A stretch of 64,000 bases of DNA from a virus, in IMG/VR virus record IMGVR_UViG_3300006735_000022, positions 1-64,000 of that record; one strand, written 5' to 3'. The notes below the pieces were generated by a model. It did not search any database. It was not told the DNA's origin and saw only the letters and a list, made by a program, of their open reading frames with translations. The translations under genes and the position numbers were made by a program. Numbering within the stretch: position 1 is the stretch's first letter; the number at the start of each line of letters is the position of its first letter. Shown here in pieces: positions 1-8,473 of the stretch.

Positions 1-6
1 TATACA

Positions 7-13
7 CTAAATA
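7..13 (+). promoter_or_regulatory. T4-type late promoter (CTAAATA)
   Basis: TAAATA core about 100 nt upstream of the ORF at 113. Confidence 0.55.
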
Positions 14-17
14 GGTA

Positions 18-88
18 TTCGTGCCTATGTCACGAAACTTTACAGAGACACGTCGAGTCTCTTCAAATCTGCGGGTAACCATTCCGCA
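18..88 (+). promoter_or_regulatory. structured 5' leader with three hairpins
   Basis: TTCGTG/CACGAA (18-36), AGAGAC/GTCTCT (44-62), TGCGG/CCGCA (70-88). Confidence 0.5.
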
Positions 89-112
89 AGTAACTAAAGG
101 TATTTTATTCTC

Positions 113-484
113 ATGATCAAATCTGTATTCGCAGTTCTGTCTGCTTCCGCACTCTCCGCAGGCGCTGCCCTTGCAGGTCCCTACGTCAACGTAGAGGCCA
201 ATTCTGGTTTCCAAGGAACTGATTATTCCGGAACCACCACTGACCTTCACGTGGGCTACGAAGGCGCTCTTGGCGATGCTGCTTCTTACTACGTTCAGGC
301 TGGCGCTAGCGTAGTCTCACCTGATGGTGCCGAATCCGACACCGTTCCTTCTGGTAAAGCAGGTCTCGGCGTTGCTGTGACTGACTCCCTGTCTGCCTAT
401 GGTGAAGTTTCCTTCATCGGTTCTGGCGACAAGGACATCGACCGTGGTTATGGAACCAAAGCAGGTCTGAAGTACAACTTCTGA
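113..484 (+). CDS. small outer-membrane beta-barrel protein, cyanobacterial type
   Basis: Sec signal peptide ending ALA-GPY, amphipathic beta strands, C-terminal KYNF beta-signal. Confidence 0.75.
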   Translation: MIKSVFAVLSASALSAGAALAGPYVNVEANSGFQGTDYSGTTTDLHVGYEGALGDAASYYVQAGASVVSPDGAESDTVPSGKAGLGVAVTDSLSAYGEVSFIGSGDKDIDRGYGTKAGLKYNF

Positions 485-522
485 TCTACACCTCCTAGCA
501 AAATATAATTTTACATTTACAG

Positions 523-891
523 ATGAAAGCATTCGCAATTGCCCTTGCTGCTGGTGCAGCTGCCCTCTCTGCTGCTCCTGCCCTCGCTGGTCCTTACGTA
601 AAGACCAAGCACGAATTCGTCGGCACTGACGACGACTACTCCAAAGGTACCCATCAACTTCGTATCGGTTACGGCACGAAGCTTGGTCGCTTCTCTCCCT
701 ATGTGGAAGGTGGCGTGGGTCGTGCTTACAGCGACAACACCGGAGCAGAAGAGGACTTCAGCGTGATTCAAGTCGGTAGCGGTTTGAAGATCACTGATAA
801 TCTCTCTGGTTATGGTAAGTGGATCAACACCTTCAAGGAAAACGATACTCGTGCCTGGAAGGTTGAACTCGGAACGAAGTATTCGTTCTGA
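523..891 (+). CDS. second small outer-membrane beta-barrel protein
   Basis: signal peptide ending ALA-GPY, C-terminal KYSF, same architecture as 113..484. Confidence 0.75.
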   Translation: MKAFAIALAAGAAALSAAPALAGPYVKTKHEFVGTDDDYSKGTHQLRIGYGTKLGRFSPYVEGGVGRAYSDNTGAEEDFSVIQVGSGLKITDNLSGYGKWINTFKENDTRAWKVELGTKYSF

Positions 892-906
892 TAACTGATA
901 ATGCTC

Positions 907-932
907 AAGGGGGACTTCGGTCCCCCTTTTTT
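907..932 (+). terminator. rho-independent terminator
   Basis: GGGGGAC-TTCG-GTCCCCC followed by T6. Confidence 0.9.
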
Positions 933-966
933 CATGCCTATATAGAAAGCATACTATTGGTCTGTC

Positions 967-1635
967 ATGGTCTTCCCAAACAAAGGGAATGAACCAGTAT
1001 CTAATCAGGCACCTGAGAAACGTGGGTCTTCCCCTATCAAATGGTTTGCCGTTGGACTCGGCGGACTTATTGGTCTTTCTCACTTTGCCATGATTGGAAT
1101 GCTTGTGAATAACAAGCAGATGGTTTACCCCAATCTCAATCTTCCAGTCAGTGAGTATTCGTCCTATGAAGCAGAAGTAGGACCACAAGGTTACCGAGTA
1201 AGATATAACGCTAACGATCCTAAAACTCTAAGTCGTATTCAAGAACTTGACTTAGACAAACATCAACAACGACCGAGTGGTCTATTTGGTACTGGTAACC
1301 CCAGAACATCTTCAGAGAGACGTAGACAACGTACGATTGAAGAATATACTATGGAGGGGACCCTCAATATGGATAATGCATCCGCTGAGTCTCTCCCAAA
1401 GATCGGAACAGCATCGACGATCGGAGGAGCCGATGTCGCGTGTATAGAGGCGGTAGGTGGTGGAAAGTCTCAGGGCAGGTTCCTGGGTGCTAGTCTCGGT
1501 GCTGTAGGTGCGGGTACCCTAACGGGTATTCCTTTTGTTGGACCGCTTCTAGCGGGTGCTCTTACCATGTTCTCCAGTGATAAGGCATCAGAAATCGGTG
1601 GTAACATCGCAGAGAACTTCTCAAAAGACTGTTGA
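967..1635 (+). CDS. membrane protein with C-terminal glycine-zipper-like region
   Basis: N-terminal TM segment; C-terminal GASLGAVGAG...IPFVGPLLAG. Confidence 0.6.
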   Translation: MVFPNKGNEPVSNQAPEKRGSSPIKWFAVGLGGLIGLSHFAMIGMLVNNKQMVYPNLNLPVSEYSSYEAEVGPQGYRVRYNANDPKTLSRIQELDLDKHQQRPSGLFGTGNPRTSSERRRQRTIEEYTMEGTLNMDNASAESLPKIGTASTIGGADVACIEAVGGGKSQGRFLGASLGAVGAGTLTGIPFVGPLLAGALTMFSSDKASEIGGNIAENFSKDC

Positions 1636-1667
1636 CTGTGTTATGATGGTCGGGTCTACTGCCCATC

Positions 1668-1850
1668 ATGAAACGTATTATTGAGAATCCGGTCACGCAA
1701 TTCAATTTGCTGTTGATTGGTACTCTGATGGTTATTCAGCTTGTGCACATTCATGCCCATCACAAGATGGATGTGGATGTGCATTCGTATGTCTTCAATT
1801 TCTGCAGGAACAACCCTGATCAGTGCAAGAGGATGCTGTCGGAGTATTGA
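1668..1850 (+). CDS. small membrane protein, His/Cys-containing
   Basis: TM helix followed by HIHAHH and CRNNPDQC. Confidence 0.6.
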   Translation: MKRIIENPVTQFNLLLIGTLMVIQLVHIHAHHKMDVDVHSYVFNFCRNNPDQCKRMLSEY

Positions 1851-1875
1851 CAAAACTTCATCTTTCCTATATAAT
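1847..1875 (+). promoter_or_regulatory. host sigma70-type promoter for hli
   Basis: perfect TTGACA-N17-TATAAT. Confidence 0.85.
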
Positions 1876-1903
1876 TATGTAACAGTTCGCAACACTCCAA
1901 ACA

Positions 1904-2134
1904 ATGACTCGTTCAAGCACCGTGACAATTGAAGACGGCGGACGTACAAACATGTGGGCAACAGAACCACGTATGTACATCGATCAGACTGCAGCAGAAC
2001 GCTACGGTTACGAAACCCATGCCGAACGTGCAGAGAAATTGAATGGACGCACTGCTATGCTTGGATTTGTTGCTGCTGTTGTTTCTTATAGTTTCAGTGG
2101 TAGTCTATTTTTCTTTGGTATCTTCGGATTCTGA
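1904..2134 (+). CDS. hli: high-light-inducible protein
   Basis: AEKLNGRTAMLGF chlorophyll-binding motif. Confidence 0.92.
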   Translation: MTRSSTVTIEDGGRTNMWATEPRMYIDQTAAERYGYETHAERAEKLNGRTAMLGFVAAVVSYSFSGSLFFFGIFGF

Positions 2135-2136
2135 AC

Positions 2137-2415
2137 ATGATTGAACTTTTGACGCAGACTGAGTTTACTTGGGCTGCCAACCATACCATTGCAGAATTCC
2201 TTGCGGGTTATGTATTTGGTGCGGCACTTATTATTGGAGCACCAGGAGTATTTTTCTTCATTGCTTTCATGCCTGCACTGCAGCGCACCAAAGGAGCAAT
2301 GGTTGGGTATAGTGATCACAAGACCTATGGCGATTCCTCTACCTACGAGAACACACCTAGTTCACAACTGGACTATTCAAAAGCATACTTACAACTATCA
2401 ATTCTAGAACAATGA
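2137..2415 (+). CDS. small membrane protein of picocyanobacterial type
   Basis: hydrophobic segment then FMPALQRTKG; tightly packed between hli genes. Confidence 0.6.
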   Translation: MIELLTQTEFTWAANHTIAEFLAGYVFGAALIIGAPGVFFFIAFMPALQRTKGAMVGYSDHKTYGDSSTYENTPSSQLDYSKAYLQLSILEQ

Positions 2416-2519
2416 ACGAAAGAGCAGAACGCTTCAATGGTTGGGCAGCAATGATCGGCATCATTGCCGCATTCGGTTCCTACGCAACGACAGGTCAACT
2501 GATTCCTGGACTCTGGTGA
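2412..2519 (+). CDS. hli: high-light-inducible protein, 35 aa (not in ORF track)
   Basis: MNERAERFNGWAAMIGIIAAFGSYATTGQLIPGLW with AERxNGxxAM and TGQxIPG motifs. Confidence 0.92.
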   Translation: MNERAERFNGWAAMIGIIAAFGSYATTGQLIPGLW

Positions 2520-2584
2520 TGGGATTCTTAGTAGCAGCTTTGCTGATGCTAATACCTATCGCAGTAGTAGCTGGAAGATCATGA
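2519..2584 (+). CDS. 21-aa hydrophobic microprotein
   Basis: MGFLVAALLMLIPIAVVAGRS; start and stop overlap both neighbours. Confidence 0.45.
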   Translation: MGFLVAALLMLIPIAVVAGRS

Positions 2585-2727
2585 CTTACGATTGGACATT
2601 GCTTCAAACACTAATCTTTGTCATTACTCCCTACTTCGTCATGCTTGCCTTGGCAAACAAAGACGATGAAGACGACGGTCCACCAGACGGTGGACTCATG
2701 ACACCAATATTCCAAGGGGCTACTTGA
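2581..2727 (+). CDS. 48-aa single-TM microprotein with acidic tail
   Basis: MTYDWTLLQTLIFVITPYFVMLALANKDDEDDGPPDGGLMTP. Confidence 0.6.
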   Translation: MTYDWTLLQTLIFVITPYFVMLALANKDDEDDGPPDGGLMTPIFQGAT

Positions 2728-2742
2728 GTAGTCCCTTTTTTT
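2714..2742 (+). terminator. rho-independent terminator
   Basis: GGGGCTAC-TTGA-GTAGTCCC followed by T7. Confidence 0.75.
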
Positions 2743-2771
2743 ATGCTATACTTGAGCCAGTAAACTTCATC

Positions 2772-3458
2772 ATGAAACTACGAGACCCAATGAGACTGTC
2801 CGACAAGACTCTGAAGATTCTTCAAAACTTCACGACGATCAATCAGTCTCTCTTTTTCAAGGAAGGCAACAAACTCCGTACGATCTCTGTAATGAAGAAC
2901 GTCCTTGCAGAGGCGGAGATCGATGAGTACATTCCTAGGGACTTTGCGATCTATGATCTGCCTCAGTTCCTGAATACACTGTCCCTGTATCAATCTCCAG
3001 AGGTAGACGTGTCTACAAACACGTCACATGCTCTGATCAAGGATGGAAACAATCGTGCTAAGTTCTTCTTTAGTGATCCTAGTGTGATCATTGCTCCCCC
3101 TGAGAAGGAGATGCAACTCCCTAGCGAAGATGTTTCTTTCAAACTGACTGAAGCAGACCTGACTCGTATTCTCAAGTCCTCCTCCATCATGCAACTGCCA
3201 GACATGTCGGTTGTAGGTGAGAACGGTGCTGTAAGATTGGTGGTGTCTGACCGTAAGAACGACACCTCTAACGAGTATTCGATTGCTGTGGGAGAAACTG
3301 ACCGCGAGTTCTCATTCAATTTCAAGATTGAGAACATGCGTTTGATTCCTCGCCCTTATGAGGTATTGATTTCTTCTAAGAACCTTGCTAAGTTCTACAA
3401 TCCAGACTTCAAACTTACCTACTTCATCGCTCTTGAACCAGACTCCACGTGCGACTAA
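2772..3458 (+). CDS. gp45: sliding clamp
   Basis: LSDKTLKILQNFTTINQS, FAIYDL, YFIALE; start at 2772 or 2790; extended -10 TGCTATACT at 2744-2752. Confidence 0.93.
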   Translation: MKLRDPMRLSDKTLKILQNFTTINQSLFFKEGNKLRTISVMKNVLAEAEIDEYIPRDFAIYDLPQFLNTLSLYQSPEVDVSTNTSHALIKDGNNRAKFFFSDPSVIIAPPEKEMQLPSEDVSFKLTEADLTRILKSSSIMQLPDMSVVGENGAVRLVVSDRKNDTSNEYSIAVGETDREFSFNFKIENMRLIPRPYEVLISSKNLAKFYNPDFKLTYFIALEPDSTCD

Positions 3459-3510
3459 TCATATCAACCGGAACCCTAGTTCCGAGTTAGATAAACCTTT
3501 CCCCAAGAAG

Positions 3511-3669
3511 ATGTATCTACAGTTGATGCGTCGCCCACCATTCTGGAGACTCTGTATCCTTCCTGATGAGGTACAGAAACTAACTCTCCAGCAATGGATG
3601 GACATCTGTCCAGACCTTCCTAAGTTCAAAGAGATTTTCTTTTGTGACGACCCCGAATCCCACTACTGA
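3511..3669 (+). CDS. hypothetical protein
   Basis: short ORF packed into the operon; start uncertain. Confidence 0.35.
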   Translation: MYLQLMRRPPFWRLCILPDEVQKLTLQQWMDICPDLPKFKEIFFCDDPESHY

Positions 3670-3823
3670 ACCGTGGCGTACTGCTACGAATAAAATTATT
3701 GCTAGACAACAACTAGACAATGTTGCCTCCTTGCTCAATGGGAAGTGGTATCAGGTTGAAGTTGTTGATTCTTATGGTAAGAGAACCACACGACTTATTG
3801 TTGAATACACTCCTGAAGAATGA
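3644..3823 (+). CDS. hypothetical protein, 59 aa (not in ORF track)
   Basis: GTG start, MTTPNPTTEPWRTATNKIIARQQLDNVASLLNG; stop overlaps next ATG. Confidence 0.55.
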   Translation: MTTPNPTTEPWRTATNKIIARQQLDNVASLLNGKWYQVEVVDSYGKRTTRLIVEYTPEE

Positions 3824-4092
3824 CTATGCACAATGCCTGGGAAGAAAATGGTCTCATGGATCAGATTCAAGAAACCATCAAAGATCTTGGTTGGAAGGAA
3901 GGTGATGATATCGTAGTAGAGATTGGTGGTACATCCATCTATGAAATTGATGGAGCAGGTACCAAGTGGGCACCTTTGAAAGGCACCCGTAAGTACAACA
4001 AAGATGCCTTCATTGTCATCAAACAAAAAACCCCTGTAATTTCCAGTAATGCACCCGTTTCGTCAGAACAAGAAAGACCTGATCAAAAATAA
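3820..4092 (+). CDS. hypothetical protein with AbrB-like LGWKEGD motif
   Basis: coupled ORF; DLGWKEGDDIVVEI. Confidence 0.55.
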   Translation: MTMHNAWEENGLMDQIQETIKDLGWKEGDDIVVEIGGTSIYEIDGAGTKWAPLKGTRKYNKDAFIVIKQKTPVISSNAPVSSEQERPDQK

Positions 4093-4366
4093 TATCTTCA
4101 AATATAACGAGTTATTTGAGGAACACATTGGTGCCAAAGATGATTGGGTTGCTCTACAACAGCAACGCCAACTTTTTCAAGAGAAGAAGAAAGAATATGG
4201 ATACTTCTGTCATGAGGATGACTATGATGTCAATGCATATTTTGATTTTATTCAAAAAGTAGATGCTCTCCTTCCAAGGAGTAGGGCAAAGGTTGCCTTC
4301 AGAGCTGCTATACTTGACGCACGTCTGATTGACATCGAGCATATGGTTGAGGTTTCTTGTGAGTGA
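4049..4366 (+). CDS. hypothetical protein
   Basis: fills the gap before gp44. Confidence 0.5.
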   Translation: MHPFRQNKKDLIKNNIFKYNELFEEHIGAKDDWVALQQQRQLFQEKKKEYGYFCHEDDYDVNAYFDFIQKVDALLPRSRAKVAFRAAILDARLIDIEHMVEVSCE

Positions 4367-5303
4367 GGACTTTCTTTGGGTTGAGAAGTATCGACCCAAG
4401 ACAATTGATGAATGTATTCTGCCTAAGTCTGTAAAGCAAACGTTTGCAGATTTTGTAAATAGTGGTGAACTCCCTAATTTGTTACTGGCAGGACCACCTG
4501 GTGTTGGTAAAACAACAGTTGCTAAAGCACTTTGTAATGAACTTGGGGCAGACTATTACGTCATCAACGGGTCAGATGAAGGACGGTTTCTGGACACGGT
4601 TCGTAACCAAGCAAAGAATTTTGCTGCAACTGTATCTCTTACGTCAGAATCTAAGCACAAGGTCATCATCATTGATGAGGCAGATAACACTACGCATGAT
4701 GTACAACTCCTTCTCCGAGCTAACATCGAAACCTTCTACAACAACTGTAGGTTCATCTTCACCTGTAATTACAAGAACAAAATTATTGAACCTCTCCACA
4801 GCAGATGTGCGGTGGTCGATTTCGGACTTACAGGGAAAGACAAGCAAATAATTGCTGCCGCTTTCTTCAAGCGTCTGACACAGATTCTTACCCTTGAGGG
4901 TATTGAATACGAACCCAAGGTTGCAGTAGAACTTATCAACAAACACTTCCCTGATTGGCGACGTGTGTTGAATGAGTGTCAAAAACACTCAACTAGTGGT
5001 AAAATAGACGTAGGTGTTCTCGCATCGTTTACTAATGTTCAGACTGATGAGTTAGTCTCGTACATTAGTAAGAAGCAGTTCCCTAATGTCCGTAAGTGGA
5101 TTGTCCAAAACTTAGACAATGATCCTAATACTATCCTTAGGAAATTGTATGATTCAATCTATGATCATATGAAACCAAAGTCTATCCCTGAAGCGGTATT
5201 GATTATTGCAAAATACCAGTACCAGTCTGCCTTTGCTGCAGACCAGGAGATCAATCTACTAGCAGCAATGACTGAAATCATGGTCAACTGCGAATTCAAG
5301 TAA
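4359..5303 (+). CDS. gp44: clamp loader large subunit (AAA+)
   Basis: LWVEKYRP, Walker A GPPGVGKT, IIDEAD, SRC motif; GTG start. Confidence 0.96.
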   Translation: MSEDFLWVEKYRPKTIDECILPKSVKQTFADFVNSGELPNLLLAGPPGVGKTTVAKALCNELGADYYVINGSDEGRFLDTVRNQAKNFAATVSLTSESKHKVIIIDEADNTTHDVQLLLRANIETFYNNCRFIFTCNYKNKIIEPLHSRCAVVDFGLTGKDKQIIAAAFFKRLTQILTLEGIEYEPKVAVELINKHFPDWRRVLNECQKHSTSGKIDVGVLASFTNVQTDELVSYISKKQFPNVRKWIVQNLDNDPNTILRKLYDSIYDHMKPKSIPEAVLIIAKYQYQSAFAADQEINLLAAMTEIMVNCEFK

Positions 5304-5326
5304 ATAGAACGTCTGATTTTTTTCTT

Positions 5327-5410
5327 ATGACTGCTGTCATCATTGTTTACGGCTCACTCTTTCTTGCCGTTATCCTCTGTTCAGTTTGGTTGATTGGTAA
5401 AGGTAAATGA
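5327..5410 (+). CDS. 27-aa hydrophobic microprotein
   Basis: MTAVIIVYGSLFLAVILCSVWLIGKGK; ATGA overlap with the next gene. Confidence 0.45.
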   Translation: MTAVIIVYGSLFLAVILCSVWLIGKGK

Positions 5411-6294
5411 AATGTCTGGTCACAGGCGGTGCTGGATTTATCGGATCCCATATTGTATCTCGCCTATTGCATGATGATCACGAAGTAGTTGTCATTGACA
5501 ACGAATCAGCAGAATCTAATGATGCCTTCAACTGGTACGAAGATGATGCAGAGAATCACGTAGTTGATATCAGAGACATTGATGCTTGCCGCCCTGCATT
5601 TGAAGGTGTAGAAGCAGTCTTTCACCTGGCAGCACAGTCCAGAATCCAACTTGCTATGAATGACCCGTTTGATTGCGTTCAGACGAACGTGATGGGCACT
5701 TGTAACATGCTTGAATTGGCACGTGAGGCAGGCGTAGAGCGGTTTATCAATTCATCAACGTCATCCTGTTATGGATTGAACAATACTCCACCCCTTGTGG
5801 AGTCCATGCCTACAGATTGTTTGAATCCATACTCTGCAAGCAAAGTATCTGCAGAGAAGTTTTGCTATATGTACTACCGTCTGCATAAACTGCGGACAAT
5901 CACCCTAAGATACTTCAATGTCTATGGTCCTAGGCAACCTTTGAGGGGTGCGTATGCCCCTGTAATCGGTTTGTTCCAGGAGCAGGCACGGAGAGGCGAA
6001 CCACTGACGATTGTCGGTGACGGAACACAGCGTAGAGACTTCACCCATGTTGATGACGTGGTAGAAGCAAACATGTGTGCCCTGAACAACACGCTCTCTG
6101 GCATTGCTGTCAATATTGGAACGGGAACGAACTACTCAGTAAACGAGATCGCTGCCATGATCTCTGACAACGTGACGTACATCGCTCCACGTAAAGGTGA
6201 GGCACACGAGACTCTTGCCGATAACACAAAAGCAAGAAACATGCTAGGATGGGAACCTACAATCGACCTTAGGTCCCAACTTTCCAATGTTTGA
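5407..6294 (+). CDS. NAD-dependent sugar-nucleotide epimerase/dehydratase
   Basis: TGGAGFIG, YSASK, LRYFNVYGP, RDFTHVDD. Confidence 0.92.
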   Translation: MKCLVTGGAGFIGSHIVSRLLHDDHEVVVIDNESAESNDAFNWYEDDAENHVVDIRDIDACRPAFEGVEAVFHLAAQSRIQLAMNDPFDCVQTNVMGTCNMLELAREAGVERFINSSTSSCYGLNNTPPLVESMPTDCLNPYSASKVSAEKFCYMYYRLHKLRTITLRYFNVYGPRQPLRGAYAPVIGLFQEQARRGEPLTIVGDGTQRRDFTHVDDVVEANMCALNNTLSGIAVNIGTGTNYSVNEIAAMISDNVTYIAPRKGEAHETLADNTKARNMLGWEPTIDLRSQLSNV

Positions 6295-6805
6295 CATTGA
6301 CCGCATCAACCTCGAAGAGTTCTTTGGTTGTGTAGCAGCAACCAATACGACTCAGATGAAGTCGAATGCCTTCAAGACCATCCGCACTTGGTTGCAGGAG
6401 AAATCCTTTGCCAAGTGGAGTGATGGTCAGTTGCGGTATGTGGGTGATTATAAGGACGGTATGGACTTTGAGTCTGATGAGCATGCCTATGAGATGAAAG
6501 GCAAACTCAAGATGTTCAATAAGAATGGCAGCACTTCTGCTGTAGACTTGAAGAACTTCCGTGGTGAGAGTAAGGTAGTTGATAAGACCTTCGACTACAT
6601 GATCCTTGTGGACACCTTGTCCATGAGTATTGCTATCACTGATTGGGAGACTATCGAGAAGCGTGTTTACTTCACTGAGAAGTCACCTGTTGCTAAGTTC
6701 AAACTGCAACCAGGCGAGTACACTATGCTTGCAGAGAACATCACCCCTTCAGAGAAAACCATGTCGTCCTCTGAAATTCTGGAAAACCTTCAGCAGATCC
6801 TTTGA
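6287..6805 (+). CDS. hypothetical protein, possible PD-(D/E)xK nuclease
   Basis: GMDF...YEMK spacing; coupled to the methylase. Confidence 0.45.
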   Translation: MFDIDRINLEEFFGCVAATNTTQMKSNAFKTIRTWLQEKSFAKWSDGQLRYVGDYKDGMDFESDEHAYEMKGKLKMFNKNGSTSAVDLKNFRGESKVVDKTFDYMILVDTLSMSIAITDWETIEKRVYFTEKSPVAKFKLQPGEYTMLAENITPSEKTMSSSEILENLQQIL

Positions 6806-7626
6806 TGGCACTTGCCAAAACTCCTCTTCGATATCCAGGTGGCAAATCCCGTGCAGCGACCAAGATTTATTATCACATGCCTCGTCTGTCTGAGTACAGC
6901 GAGTATCGTGAACCTTTTCTGGGAGGTGGATCGATGGCAATCTACATATCCCAGATGTACCCCACCCTCCCAGTCGTCTGCAGTGATCTGTACGAACCCC
7001 TAGTCAACTTCTGGATCCATTTGCGTGACGATGGTGAGCAAATGGCAGAGGATCTATTGAAGATCAAGCGAGAGCACAACACACCTGACGCTGCTCGCGA
7101 ACTTTTTATTGAATCTAAACGTCTTATCAATGAAGAATCCACCTCCAACAAAGATCGATCTCGTTATTTTTGGGTTAGCAATAAGTGTTCTTTCAGTGGT
7201 CTCACTGAGTCATCTAGTTTCTCAAAACAAGCAAGCATCTCCAACTTCAGTGAACGCAACATCATGCGTTTGCCCACAATCAGCAAAGTAATTCGTAACT
7301 GGAAGATTCTACATCAGTCTTACGACAAACTATTGCAGGGAGATGACAAAGCATTTGTCTATCTTGACCCGCCGTATGATATCAAGGATAATCTATATGG
7401 CAAACAGGGTAACATGCACAAAGGATTCGACCATGATCAATTCGCTATTGACTGCCAACAGTCTTCTAATGACTGCATCATCAGTTATAACGCTGATCAG
7501 TTTGTCAGTGATAGATTCCCTGACTGGAGGGCAGCAGACTTTGATCTGACATATACTATGCGTTCGGTTGGAGAATATATGAAAAACCAAACAAAGAGGA
7601 AGGAACTTCTTCTAATGAACTACTAG
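6802..7626 (+). CDS. dam: DNA adenine methyltransferase (Dam/D12 class)
   Basis: LRYPGGKS, EPFLGGGS, YLDPPY. Confidence 0.92.
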   Translation: MMALAKTPLRYPGGKSRAATKIYYHMPRLSEYSEYREPFLGGGSMAIYISQMYPTLPVVCSDLYEPLVNFWIHLRDDGEQMAEDLLKIKREHNTPDAARELFIESKRLINEESTSNKDRSRYFWVSNKCSFSGLTESSSFSKQASISNFSERNIMRLPTISKVIRNWKILHQSYDKLLQGDDKAFVYLDPPYDIKDNLYGKQGNMHKGFDHDQFAIDCQQSSNDCIISYNADQFVSDRFPDWRAADFDLTYTMRSVGEYMKNQTKRKELLLMNY

Positions 7627-7648
7627 ATAGAATGGTATATACCTGACC

Positions 7649-8164
7649 ATGAGAAGACTGAATTCGTTTTTCCTAAACGTAACTGTCGCGATCCTGGACT
7701 ATCTCTACAAAGGTAGAGACTATCAACGATTTTGGGTGCTTGAGGAAATTGCTCGTGCACCCTATTTTGCTTTCTTGAGTGTGTTGCATTTCCGAGAAAG
7801 CATGGGTCTCCGAGGTCCAGATCACTTATACTTGATGAAGCAGCACTTCGAGCAAAGCGTCAATGAAACCGAACATCTGGAATACATGGAGAGCAGGGGC
7901 GGTAATTCTTATTGGATTGACCGTTTTCTCGCAAGACACCTGGTCCTTTTATACTATTGGACCAATGTGGTGTATTACTGGTTGGCTCCTAAGTCAGCGT
8001 ACCATCTATCGTATGAGGTAGAGGTCCATGCTGCCCATACCTATGAGAAGTATATTCGGGACAATGGAGAAGATGAAAGGATTCTAGAGATCCTGAACGA
8101 TGAAATTGAACATTCTCTTGAACTGAAAGACGCAATGGAAAAGTCCCTAGATAGTAGTGTCTGA
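7649..8164 (+). CDS. ptox: plastoquinol terminal oxidase
   Basis: RFWVLEEIARAPYF, NETEHL, EVHAAHTY, DEIEH di-iron motifs. Confidence 0.93.
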   Translation: MRRLNSFFLNVTVAILDYLYKGRDYQRFWVLEEIARAPYFAFLSVLHFRESMGLRGPDHLYLMKQHFEQSVNETEHLEYMESRGGNSYWIDRFLARHLVLLYYWTNVVYYWLAPKSAYHLSYEVEVHAAHTYEKYIRDNGEDERILEILNDEIEHSLELKDAMEKSLDSSV

Positions 8165-8173
8165 CTCAATAGT

Positions 8174-8473
8174 ATGCTGTCAACTCAGTACCGCCTGCGA
8201 CTGGAAGAAATCTGCAGGAAGATTGTGAATCGGGAAGAGGTTCCTTTAGCAGATATGATATGGGCAAACAAACTTGCTAAAGCAAACACTACTGCTAGAA
8301 CATGGTTGAACCGTGCTAGGAGGGAGGTGTTGAATCCTAAAGACGATTTTTTCAATGATCTAAATCTTGGTTCACCGGACCCGACCGAGCACAAGCAGAC
8401 ATTTGATGGGGCAGATGATATAATGGAATGGTTCCGCACTGATCGTTGTGATGACTGGCGTCAAAGAGACTAG
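8174..8473 (+). CDS. conserved cyanophage hypothetical protein
   Basis: MLSTQYRLRLEEIC...DWRQRD. Confidence 0.65.
   Translation: MLSTQYRLRLEEICRKIVNREEVPLADMIWANKLAKANTTARTWLNRARREVLNPKDDFFNDLNLGSPDPTEHKQTFDGADDIMEWFRTDRCDDWRQRD

Noticed and set aside
517-1188. 223-aa minus-strand ORF and the many other antisense ORFs in the track
   Set aside because: They are shadows of well-supported plus-strand genes and show no motifs or expression signals.
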